Shown here piece after piece: positions 28,301-43,200 of a DNA stretch of 64,000 nt. The stretch spans positions 247,876,001-247,940,000 of the forward strand of contig OZ024741.1 of the NCBI GenBank assembly GCA_964016885.1, given 5' to 3'. Numbering within the stretch: position 1 is the first letter of the stretch; each line of letters begins with the position of its first letter. Both the position numbers and the translations under genes were made by a program. The notes beneath the pieces are model-generated. The model saw only the letters and a program-made list of their open reading frames with translations. It was not told the origin of the DNA and did not search any database. The stretch comes from Eledone cirrhosa (lineage: Eukaryota).

Positions 28301-31300
28301 CCCTGATTTTTTTTTACAAATTATCTCCCCCGATTTTTTTTTACAAATTATCTCCCCCTGATTTTTTTTTACAAATTATCTCCCCCTGATTTTTGTTTAC
28401 AAATTATCTCCCCTTGGACGGCTGGAAATTATCTCCCCTTGGACGGCTAGAAATTACCTCTCCTTGGACGGCTGAAAATTATCCTCCCTTGGACGGCTGG
28501 AAATTATCTCCCCTTGATTTTTTTACAAATTATCTCCCCCTGATTTTTTTTTTACAAATTATCTCCCCCTGATTTTTTTTTACAAATTATCTCCCCCTGA
28601 TTTTTTTTTACAAATTATCTCCCCCGATTTTTTTTTACAAATTATCTACCCCTGATTTTTTTTTACAAATTATCTCCCCCTGATTTTTTTTACAAATTAT
28701 CTCCCACTGATTTTTTTTTTACAAATTATCTCCCCCTGATTTTTTTACAAATTATCTCCCCCTGATTTTTTTTACAAATTATATCCGCCTGATTTTTTTA
28801 AATATTATCTCTCCTTGGCTGGCGGGAAATTATCTCCCCTTGGACGGCTGGAAATTATCTCCCCTTGGAAGGATGGAAATTATCTCCCCTTGGACGGCTG
28901 GAAGTTATCTACCCCTGATTTTTTTTACAAATTATCTCCCCCTGATTTTTTTTACAAATTATCATCCCCTGATTTTTTTTTTACAAATTATCTCCCTCTG
29001 ATTTTTTTACAAATTATCTCCCCCTGATTTTTTTTACAAATTATCTCCGCCTGATTTTTTAAAATATTATCTTACCTTGGCTGGCAGGAAATTATCTCCC
29101 CTTGGACGGCTGAAAATTATCTCCCCTTGGACGGCTGGAAATTATCTCCCCTTGATTTTTTTTACAAATTATCTCCCCCTGATTTTTTTTTACAAATTAT
29201 CTCCCCCTGATTTTTTTTACAAATTATCTCCCCCCTGATTTTTTTACAAATTATCTCCCCTTGGCTGGCTGGAAATTATCTCCCCTTGGAGGCTGGAACT
29301 TATCTCCCCTTGGACGGCTAGAAATTACCTCTCCTTGGACGGCTGGAAAATATGTCTCCTTGGACGGCTGGATATTATCTCCCCTTGGACGGCTGGAAAT
29401 TATCTCCCCTTGGACGGCTGGAAATTATCTCCCCTTGGATGGCTAGATATTACCTCCCCTTGGACGGCTGGAAATTATCTCCCTTTGATTTTTTTTACAA
29501 ATTATCTCCCCCTGATTTTTTTTTACAAATTATCTCCCCCTGATTTTTTTTTACAAATTATCTCCCCCTGATTTTTGTTTACAAATTATCTCCGCCTGAT
29601 TTTTTTTTAAAAATTATCTCCCCTTGGACGGCTGGAAATTATCTCCCCTTGGACGGCTAGAAATTACCTCTCCTTGGACGGCTGAAAATTATCTCCCCTT
29701 GGACGGCTGGAAATTATCTCCCCTTGATTTTTTTACAAATTATCTCCCCCTGATTTTTTTTTTACAAATTATCTCCCCCTGATTTTTTTTTACAAATTAT
29801 CTACCCCTGATTTTTTTTTACAAATTATCTCCCCCTGATTTTTTTACAAATTATCTCCCCCTGATTTTTTTTTTACAAATTATCTCCCCCTGATTTTTTT
29901 ACAAATTATCTCCCCCTGATTTTTTTTACAAATTATATCCGCCTGATTTTTTTAAATATTATCTCTCCTTGGCTGGCGGGAAATTATCTCCCCTTGGACG
30001 GCTGGAAATTATCTCCCCTTGGAAGGATGGAAATTATCTCCCCTTGGACGGCTAGAAATTATCTCTCTTTGGACGGCTGGAAATTATCACCCCTTGAGCT
30101 TTTTACAAATTATCTCCCCCTGATTTTTTTTACAAATCTCCCTGTGATTTTTAAAAAAAAATTATCTCCCCTTCGCTGGCTGGAAATTATCTCCCCTTGG
30201 ACGCTGGAAATTATAGCCCCTTGGAGGGCTGGAAATTATCTTCCCTTGGACGGCTGGAAATTATCTCCCCTTGATTTTTTTTACAAATTATCTCCCCCTG
30301 ATTTTTTTTTACAAATTATCTCCCCCTGATTTTTTTTACAACTTATCTGCGCCTGATTTTTTTTTAAAAATTATCTCCCCTTGGACGGCTGGAAATTATC
30401 TCCCCTTGGACGGCTGGAAATTATCTCTCCTTGGACGGCTAGAATTTACCTCTCCTTGGACGGCTGAAAATTATCTCCCCTTGGACGGCTGGAAATTATC
30501 TCCCCTTGATTTTTTTTACAAATTATCTCCCCCTGATTTTTTTTTACAAATTATCTCCCCCTGATTTTTTTTTACAAATTATCTCCCCCTGATTTTTTTT
30601 TACAAATTATCTACCCCTGATTTTTTTTTGCAAATTATCTCCCCTTGGCTGGCTGGAAATTATCTCCCCTTGGAGGCTGGAACTTATCTCCCCTTGGACG
30701 GCTAGAAATTACCTCTCCTTGGACGGCTGGAAAATATGTCTCCTTGGACGGCTGGATATTATCTCCCCTTGGACGGCTGGAAATTATCTCCCCTTGGACG
30801 GCTGAAAATTATCTCCCCTTGATTTTTTTTACAAATTATCTCCCCCTGATTTTTTTTTACAAATTATCTCCCCCTGATTTTTGTTTACAAATTATCTCCG
30901 CCTAATTTTTTTAAAAAATTATCTCCCCTTGGACGGCTGGAAATTATCTCCCCTTGGACGGATAGAAATTACCTCTCCTTGGACGGCTGAAAATTATCTC
31001 CCCTTTGACGGCTGGAAATTATCTCCCCTTGATTTTTTTACAAATTATCTGCCCCTGATTTTTTTTTTACAAATTATCTCCCCCTGATTTTTTTTTACAA
31101 ATTATCTACCCCTGATTTTTTTTTACAAATTATCTCCCCCTGATTTTTTTTACAAATTATCTCCCCCTGATTTTTTTTTTACAAATTATCTCCCCCTGAT
31201 TTTTTTACAAATTATCTCCCCCTGATTTTTTTTATAAATTATCTCCGCCTGATTTTTTTAAATATTATCTCTCCTTGGCTGGCGGGAAATTATCTCCCCT

Positions 31301-32082
31301 TGGACGGCTGGAAATTATCTCCCCTTGGAAGGATGGAAATTATCTCCCCTTGGACGGCTGGAAATTATCTACCCCTGATTTTTTTTACAAATTATCTCCC
31401 CCTGATTTTTTTTACAAATTATCTCCCCCTGATTTTTTTTACAAATTATCTACCCCTGATTTTTTTTACAAATTATCTCCCCCTGATTTTTTTTACAAAT
31501 TATCTCCCCCTGATTTTTTTTTTACAAATTATCTCACCCTGATTTTTTTACAAATTATCTCCCCCTGATTTTTTTTACAAATTATCTCCGCCTGATTTTT
31601 TTAAATATTATCTTCCCTTGGCTGGCGGGAAATTATCTCCCCTTGAAGGGCTGAAAATTATCTCCCCTTGGACGGCTGGAAATTATCTCCCCTTGATTTT
31701 TTTTACAAATTATCTCCCCCTGATTTTTTTTTACAAATTATCTCCCCCTGATTTTTTTTACAAATTATCTCCCCCTGATTTTTTTTTACAAATTATCTGC
31801 CGCTGATTTTTTTTACAAATTATCTCCCCCTGATTTTTTTACAAATTATCTCCCCTTGGCTGGCTGGAAATTACCTCCCCTTGGAGGCTGGAATTTATCT
31901 CCCCTTGGACGGCTAGAAATTACCTCTCCTTGGACGGCTGGAAAATATGTCTCCTTGGACGGCTGGATATTATCTCCCCTTGGACGGCTGGAAATTATCT
32001 CCCCTTGGACGGCTGGAAATTATCTCCCCTTGGACGGATAGATATTACCTCCCCTTGGACGGCTGGAAATTATCTCCCCTTG
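19460..32082 (+). repeat. ~5.20 kb higher-order repeat, about 2.4 near-identical tandem copies
   Basis: Landmark offsets of 5202-5203 bp: 19589/24792/29994, 20240/25442/30645, 21451/26653/31856, 22850/28052, 23613/28815. Shared rare variants include TTTTGCAAAT, CCGCCTAA, ATGTATCC, GAAGTTATC, CATCCCC and GGCAGG. Confidence 0.93.
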
Positions 32083-33099
32083 GACGGCTGGAAATTATCT
32101 CCCCATGGACGGCTGGAAATTATCTCCCCTTGGACGGCTATAAATTATCTCTCCTTGGACGGCTGAAAATTATCTCCCCTTGGACGGCTGGAAATTATCT
32201 CCCGTTGGACGGCTGGAAATTATCTCGCCTTGGACGGCTAGAATTTACCTCTCCTTGGACGGCTGAAAATTATCTCCCCTTGGACGGCTGGAAATTATCT
32301 CCCCTTGATTTTTTTTACAAATTATCTCCCCCTGATTTTTTTTTACAAATTATCTCCCCCTGATTTTTTTTTAGAAATTATCTCCCCCTGATTTTTTTTT
32401 ACAAATTATCTCCCCCTGATTTTTTTTACAAATTATCTCCCCCCTGATTTTTTAACAAATTATCTCCCCTTGGCTGGCTGGAAATTATCTCCCCTTGGAG
32501 GCTGGAACTTATCTCCCCTTGGACGGCTAGAAATTACCTCTCCTTGGACGGCTGGAAAATATGTCTCCTTGGACGGCTGGATATTATCTCCCCTTGGACG
32601 GCTGGAAATTATCTCCCCTTGGACGGCTGGAAATTATCTCCCCTTGGATGGCTAGATATTACCTCCCCTTGGACGGCTGGAAATTATCTCCCTTTGATTT
32701 TTTTTACAAATTATCTCCCCCTGATTTTTTTTTACAAATTATCTCCCCCTGATTTTTTTTTACAAATTATCTCCCCCTGATTTTTGTTTACAAATTATCT
32801 CCGCCTGATTTTTTTTTAAAAATTATCTCCCCTTGGACGGCTGGAAATTATCTCCCCTTGGACGGCTAGAAATTACCTCTCCTTGGACGGCTGAAAATTA
32901 TCTCCCCTTGGACGGCTGGAAATTATCTCCCCTTGATTTTTTTACAAATTATCTCCCCCTGATTTTTTTTTTACAAATTATCTCCCCCTGATTTTTTTTT
33001 ACAAATTATCTACCCCTGATTTTTTTTTACAAATTATCTCCCCCTGATTTTTTTTACAAATTATCTCCCCCTGATTTTTTTTTACAAATTATCTCCCCC

Positions 33100-36000
33100 T
33101 GATTTTTTTACATATTATCTCCCCCTGATTTTTTTTACAAATTATCTCCGCCTGATTTTTTTAAATATTATCTCTCCTTGGCTGGCGGGAAATTATCTCC
33201 CCTTGGACGGCTGGAAATTATCTCCCCTTGGAAGGATGGAAATTATCTCCCCTTGGACGGCTAGAAATTATCTCTCTTTGGACGGCTGGAAATTATCACC
33301 CCTTGAGTTTTTTACAAATTATCTCCCCCTGATTTTTTTTACAAATCTCCCAGTGATTTTTTAAAAAAAATTATCTCCCCTTCGCTGGCTGGAAATTATC
33401 TCCCCTTGGACGCTGGAAATTATAGCACCTTGGAGGGCTGGAAATTATCTTCCCTTGGACGGCTGGAAATTATCTCCCCTTGATTTTTTTTACAAATTAT
33501 CTCCCCCTGATTTTTTTTTACAAATTATCTCCCCCTGATTTTTTTTACAACTTATCTGCGCCTGATTTTTTTAAAAAAATTATCTCCCCTTGGACGGCTG
33601 GAAATTATCTCCCCTTGGACGGCTGGAAATTATCTCTCCTTGGACGGCTAGAATTTACCTCTCCTTGGACGGCTGAAAATTATCTCCCCTTGGACGGCTG
33701 GAAATTATCTCCCCTTGATTTTTTTTACAAATTATCTCCCCCTGATTTTTTTTTACAAATTATCTCCCCCTGATTTTTTTTACAAATTATCTCCCCCTGA
33801 TTTTTTTTTACAAATTATCTCCCCCTGATTTTTTTTACAAATTATCTCCCCCTGATTTTCTTACAAATTATCTCCCCTTGGCTGGCTGGAAATTATCTCC
33901 CCTTGGAGGCTGGAACTTATGTCCCCTTGGACGGCTAGAAATTACCTCTCCTTGGACGGCTGGATGATATGTCTCCTTGGACGGCTGGATATTATCTCCC
34001 CTTGGACGGCTGGAAATTATCTCCCCTTGGACGGCTGGAAATTATCTCCCATTGGATGGCTAGATATTACCTCCCCTTGGACGGCTGGAAATTATCTCCC
34101 CTTGATTTTTTTTACAAATTATCTCCCCCTGATTTTTTTTACAAATTATCTCCCCCTGATTTTTTTTTACAAATTATCTCCGCCTGATTTTTTTTTAAAT
34201 ATTATCTTCCCTTGGCTGGCTGGAAATTATCTCCCCTTGGACGGCTAGAAATTACCTCTCCTTGGACGGCTGGAAATTATCTCCCCTTGGACGGCTGGAA
34301 ATTATCTCCCCTTGGACGGATAGATATTACCTCCCCTTGGACGGCTGGAAATTATCTCCCCTTGATTTTTTTACAAATTATCTCCCCCTGATTTATTTTA
34401 CAAATCTCCCAATGATTTTTAAAAAAAAATTATCTCCCCTTCGCTGGCTGGAAATTATCTCCCCTTGGACGCTGGAAATTATCTCCCCTTGGACGGCTGA
34501 AAATTATCTCCCCTTGGACGGCTGGAAATTATCTCCCCTTGATTTTTTTTACAAATTATCTCCCCCTGATTTTTTTTTACAAATTATCTCCGCCTGATTT
34601 TTTTTACAAATTATCTCCCCCTGATTTTTTTTTACAAATTATCTCCCCCTGATTTTTTTACAAATTATCTCCCCCTGATTTTTTTTACAAATTATCTCCG
34701 CCTGATTTTTTAAAATATTATCTTCCCTTGGCTGGCGGGAAATTATCTCCCCTTGGACGGCTGGAAATTATCTGCCCTTGATTTTCTTTTTACAAATTAT
34801 CTTCCACTGATTTTTTTTACAAATTATCTCCACCTGATTTTTTAAAAAATTATCTCCCCTTGGACGGCTGGAAATTATCTCCCCTTGGAAGGCTGGAAAT
34901 TATCTCTCCTTGGACGGCTAGAATTTACCTCTCCTTGGACGGCTGAAAATTATCTCCCCTTGGACGGCTGGAAATTATCTCCCCTTGATTTTTTTTACAA
35001 ATTATCTCCCCCTGATTTTTTTTTACAAATTATCTCCCCCTGATTTTTTTTTACAAATTATCACCCCCTGATTTTTTTTTACAAATTATCTCCCCCTGAT
35101 TTTTTTTACAAATTATCTCCCCCTGATTTTTTTACAAATTATCTCCCCTTGGCTGGCTGGAAATTATCTCCCCTTGGAGGCTGGAACTTATCTCCCCTTG
35201 GACGGCTAGAAATTACCTCTCCTTGGACGGCTGGAAAATATGTCTCCTTGGACGGCTGGATATTATCTCCCCTTGGACGGCTGGAAATTATCTCCCCTTG
35301 GACGGCTGGAAATTATCTCCCCTTGGATGGCTAGATATTACCTCCCCTTGGACGGCTGGAAATTATCTCCCCTTGATTTTTTTACAAATTATCTCCCCCT
35401 GATTTTTTTTTACAAATTATCTCCCCCTGATTTTTTTTTACAAATTATCTCCCCCTGATTTTTGTTTACAAATTATCTCCGCCTGATTTTTTTTTTTAAA
35501 TTATCTCCCCTTGGACGGCTGGAAATTATCTCCCCTTGGACGGCTAGAAATTACCTCTCCTTGGACGGCTGAAAATTATCTCCCCTTGGACGGCTGGAAA
35601 TTATCTCCCCTTGATTTTTTTACAAATTATCTCCCCCTGATTTTTTTTTTACAAATTATCTCCCCCTGATTTTTTTTTACAAATTATCTACCCCTGATTT
35701 TTTTTTACAAATTATCTACCCCTGATTTTTTTTACAAATTATCTCCCCCTGATTTTTTTTACAAATTATCTCCCCCTGATTTTTTTTTTACAAATTATCT
35801 CCCCCTGATTTTTTTACAAATTATCTCCCCTTGATTTTTTTTACAACTTATCTGCGCCTGATTTTTGTTAAAAAATTATCTCCCCTTGGACGGCTGGAAA
35901 TTATCTCCCCTTGGACGGCTGGAAATTATCTCTCCTTGGACGGCTAGAATTTACCTCTCCTTGGACGGCTGAAAATTATCTCCCCTTGGACGGCTGGGAA

Positions 36001-39000
36001 TTATCTCCCCTTGATTTTTTTACAAATTATCTCCCCCTGATTTTTTTTTACAAATTATCTCCCCCTGATTTTTTTTTACAAATTATCTCCCCCTGATTTT
36101 TTTTTACAAATTATCTCCCCCTGATTTTTTTACAAATTATCTCCCCTTGGCTGGCTGGAAATTATCTCCCCTTGGAGCCTGGAACTTATGTCCCCTTGGA
36201 CGGCTAGAAATTACCTCTCCTTGGACGGCTGGAAAATATGTCTCCTTGGACGGCTGGATATTATCTCCCCTTGGAGGGCTGGAAATTATCTCCCCTTGGA
36301 CGGCTGGAAATTATCTCCCCTTGGATGGCTAGATATTACCTCCCCTTGGACGGCTGGAAATTATCTCCCCTTGATTTTTTTTACAAATTATCTCCCCCTG
36401 ATTTTTTTTTACAAATTATCTCCCCCTGATTTTTTTTTACAAATTATCTCCCCCTGATTTTTGTTTACAAATTATCTCCGCCTATTTTTTTTAAAAAATT
36501 ATCTCCCCTTGGACGGCTGGAAATTATCTCCCCTTGGACGGCTAGAAATTACCTCTCCTTGGACGGCTGAAAATTATCTCCCCTTGGACGGCTGGAAATT
36601 ATCTCCCCTTGATTTTTTTACAAATTATCTCCCCCTGATTTTTTTTTTACAAATTATCTCCCCCTGATTTTTTTTTTTACAAATTATCTCCCCCTGATTT
36701 TTTTACAAATTATCTCCCCCTAATTTTTTTTACAAATTATCTCCGCCTGATTTTTTTAAATATTATCTCTCCTTGGCTGGCGGGAAATTATCTCACCTTG
36801 GACGGCTGGAAATTATCTCCCCTTGGAAGAATGGAAATTATCTCCCCTTGGACGGCTGGAAATTATCTACCCCTGATTTTTTTTACAAATTATCTCCCCC
36901 TGATTTTTTTTACAAATTATCTCCCCCTGATTTTTTTTTACAAATTATCTACCCCTGATTTTTTTTACAAATTATCTCCCCCTGATTTTTTTTACAAATT
37001 ATCTCCCCCTGATTTTTTTTTACAAATTATCTACCCCTGATTTTTTTTACAAATTATCTCCCCCTGATTTTTTTTTACAAATTATCTCCCCCTGATTTTT
37101 TTACAAATTATCTCCCCCTGATTTTTTTTACAATCTCCGCCTGATTTTTTAAAAAATTATCTTCTCTTGGCTGGCTGGAAATTATCTCCCCTTGGACACT
37201 GGAAATTATAGCCACTTGGAGGGCTGGAAATTATCTTCCCTTGGACGGCTGGAAATTATCTCCCCTTGATTTTTTTTACAAATTATCTCCGCCTGATTTT
37301 TTTTTACAAATTATCTCCCCCTGATTTTTTTTTACAAATTATCTACCCCTGATTTTTTTTTACAAATTATCTCCCCCTGATTTTTTTTACAAATTATCTC
37401 CCCCTGATTTCTCTTTTACAAATTATCTCCCCCTGATTTTTTTACAAATTATCTCCCCCTGATTTTTTTTACAAATTATCTCCGCCTGATTTTTTTAAAT
37501 ATTATCTTCCCTTGGCTGGCGGGAAATTATCTCCCCTTGGACGGCTGGAAATTATCTACCCTTGATTTTCTTTTTACAAATTATCTTCCACTGATTTTTT
37601 TTACAAATTATCTCCACCTGATTTTTTAAAAAATTATCTCCCCTTGGAAGGCTGGAAATTATCTCCCCTTGGCTGGAAATTATCTCCCCTTGGACGGCTA
37701 GAAATTATCTCTCTTTGGACGGCTGGAAATTATCACCCCTTGAGTTTTTTACAAATTATCTCCCCCTGATTTTTTTACAAATTATCTCCCCCTGATTTTT
37801 TTTACAAATTATCTCCGCCTGATTTTTTTAAATATTATCTTCCCTTGGCTGGCGGGAAATTATCTCCCCTTGGACGGCTGAAAATTATCTCCTCTTGGAC
37901 GGCTGGAAATTATCTCCCCTTGATTTTTTTTACAAATTATCTCCCCCTGATTTTTTTTTACAAATTATCTCCCCCTGATTTTTTTACAAATTATCTCCCC
38001 CGATTTTTTTTTACAAATTATCTCCCCCTGATTTTTTTTACAAATTATCTCCCTCTGATTTTTTTACAAATTATCTCCCCTTGGCTGGCTGGAAATTATC
38101 TCCCCTTGGACGGCTAGAAATTACCTCTCCTTGGACGGCTGGAAAATATGTCTCCTTGGACGGCTGGATATTATCTCCCCTTGGACGGCTGGAAATTATC
38201 TCCGCTTGGACGGCTGGAAATTATCTCCCCTTGGACGGATATATATTACCTCCCCTTGGACGGCTGGAAATTATCTCCCCTTGATTTTTTTACAAATTAT
38301 CTCCCCCTGATTTATTTTACAAATCTCCCAATGATTTTTAAAAAAAAATTATCTCCCCTTCGCTGGCTGGAAATTATCTCCCCTTGGACGCTGGAAATTA
38401 TATCCCCTTGGAGGGCTGGAAATTATCTTCCCTTGGACGGCTGGAAATTATCTCCCCTTGATTTTTTTTACAAATTATCTCCCCCTGATTTTTTTTACAA
38501 ATTATCACCCCCTGATTTTTTTTACAAATTATCTACCCCTGATTTTTTTTACAAATTATCTCCCCCTGATTTTGTTTTACAAATTATCTCCCCCTGATTT
38601 TTTTTTACAAATTATCTCCCCCTGATTTTTTTACAAATTATCTCCCCCTGATTTTTTTTACAATCTCCGCCTGATTTTTTTAAAAATTATCTTCTCTTGG
38701 CTGGCTGGAAATTATCTCCCCTTGGACACTGGAAATTATAGCCACTTGGAGGGCTGGAAATTATCTTCCCTTGGACGGCTGGAAATTATCACCCCTTGAT
38801 TTTTTTTACAAATTATCTCCGCCTGATTTTTTTTTACAAATTATCTCCCCCTGATTTTTTTTTACAAATTATCTAACCCTGATTTTTTTTTACAAATTAT
38901 CTCCCCCTGATTTTTTTTACAAATTATCTCCCCCTGATTTCTCTTTTACAAATTATCTCCCCCTGATTTTTTTACAAATTATCTCCCCCTGATTTTTTTT

Positions 39001-39270
39001 ACAAATTATCTCCGCCTGATTTTTTTAAATATTATCTTCCCTTGGCTGGCGGGAAATTATCTCCCCTTGGACGGCTGGAAATTATCTACCCTTGATTTTC
39101 TTTTTACAAATTATCTTCCACTGATTTTTTTTACAAATTATCTCCACCTGATTTTTTAAAAAATTATCTCCCCTTGGAAGGCTGGAAATTATCTCCCCTT
39201 GGCTGGAAATTATCTCCCCTTGGACGGCTAGAAATTATCTCTCTTTGGACGGCTGGAAATTATCACCCCT
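33100..39270 (+). repeat. More diverged, irregular satellite segment containing a ~0.7 kb internal duplication at 1530 bp offset
   Basis: Many variants not noticed elsewhere: TAGCACC ~33425, GGATGATATG ~33965, GGAGCCTGG ~36178, GAAGAATGG ~36830, GATATATATT ~38240. CAATCTCCGCC...CTTCTCTTGG...GGACACTGG...TAGCCACTT occurs at both 37131 and 38661. Confidence 0.8.
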
Positions 39271-40219
39271 TGAGCTTTTTACAAATTATCTCCCCCTGAT
39301 TTTTTTTACAAATCTCCCTGTGATTTTTTAAAAAAAATTATCTCCCCTTCGCTGGCTGGAAATTATCTCCCCTTGGACGCTGGAAATTATAGCCCCTTGG
39401 AGGGCTGGAAATTATCTTCCCTTGGACGGCTGGAAATTATCTCCCCTTGATTTTTTTTACAAATTATCTCCCCCTGATTTTTTTTTACAAATTATCTCCC
39501 CCTGATTTTTTTTACAACTTATCTGCGCCTGATTTTTTTTTAAAAATTATCTCCCCTTGGACGGCTGGAAATTATCTCCCCTTGGACGGCTGGTAATTAT
39601 CTCTCCTTGGACGGCTAGAATTTACCTCTCCTTGGACGGCTGAAAATTATCTCCCCTTGGACGGCTGGAAATTATCTCCCCTTGATTTTTTTTACAAATT
39701 ATCTCCCCCTGATTTTTTTTTACAAATTATCTCCCCCTGATTTTTTTTTACAAATTATCTCCCCCTGATTTTTTTTTACAAATTATCTCCCCTTGGCTGG
39801 CTGGAAATTATCTCCCCTTGGAGGCTGGAACTTATCTCCCCTTGGACGGCTAGAAATTACCTCTCCTTGGACGGCTGGAAAATATGTCTCCTTGGACGGC
39901 TGGATATTATCTCCCCTTGGACGGCTGGAAATTATCTCCCCTTGGACGGCTGAAAATTATCTCCCCTTGATTTTTTTTACAAATTATCTCCCCCTGATTT
40001 TTTTTTACAAATTATCTCCCCCTGATTTTTGTTTACAAATTATCTCCGCCTGATTTTTTAAAAAAATTATCTCCCCTTGGACGGCTGGAAATTATCTCCC
40101 CTTGGACGGATAGAAATTACCTCTCCTTGGACGGCTGAAAATTATCTCCCCTTTGACGGCTGGAAATTATCTCCCCTTGATTTTTTTACAAATTATCTCC
40201 CCCTGATTTTTTTTTTACA

Positions 40220-43200
40220 AATTATCTCCCCCTGATTTTTTTTTACAAATTATCTACCCCTGATTTTTTTTTACAAATTATCTCCCCCTGATTTTTTTTA
40301 CAAATTATCTCCCCCTGATTTTTTTTTACAAATTATCTCCCCCTGATTTTTTTACAAATTATCTCCCCCTGATTTTTTTTACAAATTATCTCCGCCTGAT
40401 TTTTTTAAATATTATCTCTCCTTGGCTGGCGGGAAATTATCTCCCCTTGGAGGGCTGGAAATTATCTCCCCTTGGAAGGATGGAAATTATCTCCCCTTGG
40501 ACGGCTGGAAATTATCTACCCCTGATTTTTTTTACAAATTATCTCCCCCTGATTTTTTTTACAAATTATCTCCCCCTGATTTTTTTTACAAATTATCTAC
40601 CCCTGATTTTTTTTACAAATTATCTCCCCCTGATTTTTTTTACAAATTATCTCCCCCTGATTTTTTTTTTACAAATTATCTCACCCTGATTTTTTTACAA
40701 ATTATCTCCCCCTGATTTTTTTTACAAATTATCTCCGCCTGATTTTTTTAAATATTATCTTCCCTTGGCTGGCGGGAAATTATCTCCCCTTGAAGGGCTG
40801 AAAATTATCTCCCCTTGGACGGCTGGAAATTATCTCCCCTTGATTTTTTTTACAAATTATCTCCCCCTGATTTTTTTTTACAAATTATCTCCCCCTGATT
40901 TTTTTTACAAATTATCTCCCCCTGATTTTTTTTTACAAATTATCTGCCGCTGATTTTTTTTACAAATTATCTCCCCCTGATTTTTTTACAAATTATCTCC
41001 CCTTGGCTGGCTGGAAATTACCTCCCCTTGGAGGCTGGAATTTATCTCCCCTTGGACGGCTAGAAATTACCTCTCCTTGGACGGCTGGAAAATATGTCTC
41101 CTTGGACGGCTGGATATTATCTCCCCTTGGACGGCTGGAAATTATCTCCCCTTGGACGGCTGGAAATTATCTCCCCTTGGACGGATAGATATTACCTCCC
41201 CTTGGACGGCTGGAAATTATCTCCCCTTGGACGGCTGGAAATTATCTCCCCATGGACGGCTGGAAATTATCTCCCCTTGGACGGCTAGAAATTATCTCTC
41301 CTTGGACGGCTGAAAATTATCTCCCCTTGGACGGCTGGAAATTATCTCCCGTTGGACGGCTGGAAATTATCTCGCCTTGGACGGCTAGAATTTACCTCTC
41401 CTTGGACGGCTGAAAATTATCTCCCCTTGGACGGCTGGAAATTATCTCCCCTTGATTTTTTTTACAAATTATCTCCCCCTGATTTTTTTTTACAAATTAT
41501 CTCCCCCTGATTTTTTTTTACAAATTATCTCCCCCTGATTTTTTTTTACAAATTATCTCCCCCTGATTTTTTTTACAAATTATCTCCCCCCTGATTTTTT
41601 AACAAATTATCTCCCCTTGGCTGGCTGGAAATTATCTCCCCTTGGAGGCTGGAACTTATCTCCCCTTGGACGGCTAGAAATTACCTCTCCTTGGACGGCT
41701 GGAAAATATGTCTCCTTGGACGGCTGGATATTATCTCCCCTTGGACGGCTGGAAATTATCTCCCCTTGGACGGCTGGAAATTATCTCCCCTTGGATGGCT
41801 AGATATTACCTCCCCTTGGACGGCTGGAAATTATCTCCCTTTGATTTTTTTTACAAATTATCTCCCCCTGATTTTTTTTTACAAATTATCTCCCCCTGAT
41901 TTTTTTTTACAAATTATCTACCCCTGATTTTTTTTTACAAATTATCTCCCCCTGATTTTTTTTACAAATTATCTCCCCCTGATTTTTTTTTACAAATTAT
42001 CTCCTCCTGATTTTTTTACAAATTATCTCCCCCTGATTTTTTTTACAAATTATCTCCGCCTGATTTTTTTAAATATTATCTCTCCTTGGCTGGCGGGAAA
42101 TTATCTCCCCTTGGACGGCTGAAAATTATCTCCCCTTGGAAGGATGGAAATTATCTCCCCTTGGACGGCTGGAAATTATCTACCCCTGATTTTTTTTACA
42201 AATTATCTCCCCCTGATTTTTTTTACAAATTATCTCCCCCTGATTTTTTTTACAAATTATCTACCCCTGATTTTTTTTACAAATTATCTCCCCCTGATTT
42301 TTTTTACAAATTATCTCCCCCTGATTTTTTTTTTACAAATTATCTCACCCTGATTTTTTTACAAATTATCTCCCCCTGATTTTTTTTACAAATTATCTCC
42401 GCCTGATTTTTTTAAATATTATCTTCCCTTGGCTGGCGGGAAATTATCTCCCCTTGAAGGGCTGAAAATTATCTCCCCTTGGACGGCTGGAAATTATCTC
42501 CCCTTGATTTTTTTTACAAATTATCTCCCCCTGATTTTTTTTTACAAATTATCTCCCCCTGATTTTTTTTACAAATTATCTCCCCCTGATTTTTTTTTAC
42601 AAATTATCTGCCGCTGATTTTTTTTACAAATTATCTCCCCCTGATTTTTTTACAAATTATCTCCCCTTGGCTGGCTGGAAATTACCTCCCCTTGGAGGCT
42701 GGAATTTATCTCCCCTTGGACGGCTAGAAATTACCTCTCCTTGGACGGCTGGAAAATATGTCTCCTTGGACGGCTGGATATTATCTCCCCTTGGACGGCT
42801 GGAAATTATCTCCCCTTGGACGGCTGGAAATTATCTCCCCTTGGACGGATAGATATTACCTCCCCTTGGACGGCTGGAAATTATCTCCCCTTGGACGGCT
42901 GGAAATTATCTCCCCATGGACGGCTGGAAATTATCTCCCCTTGGACGGCTAGAAATTATCTCTCCTTGGACGGCTGAAAATTATCTCCCCTTGGACGGCT
43001 GGAAATTATCTCCCGTTGGACGGCTGGAAATTATCTCGCCTTGGACGGCTAGAATTTACCTCTCCTTGGACGGCTGAAAATTATCTCCCCTTGGACGGCT
43101 GGAAATTATCTCCCCTTGATTTTTTTTACAAATTATCTCCCCCTGATTTTTTTTTACAAATTATCTCCCCCTGATTTTTTTTTACAAATTATCTCCCCCT

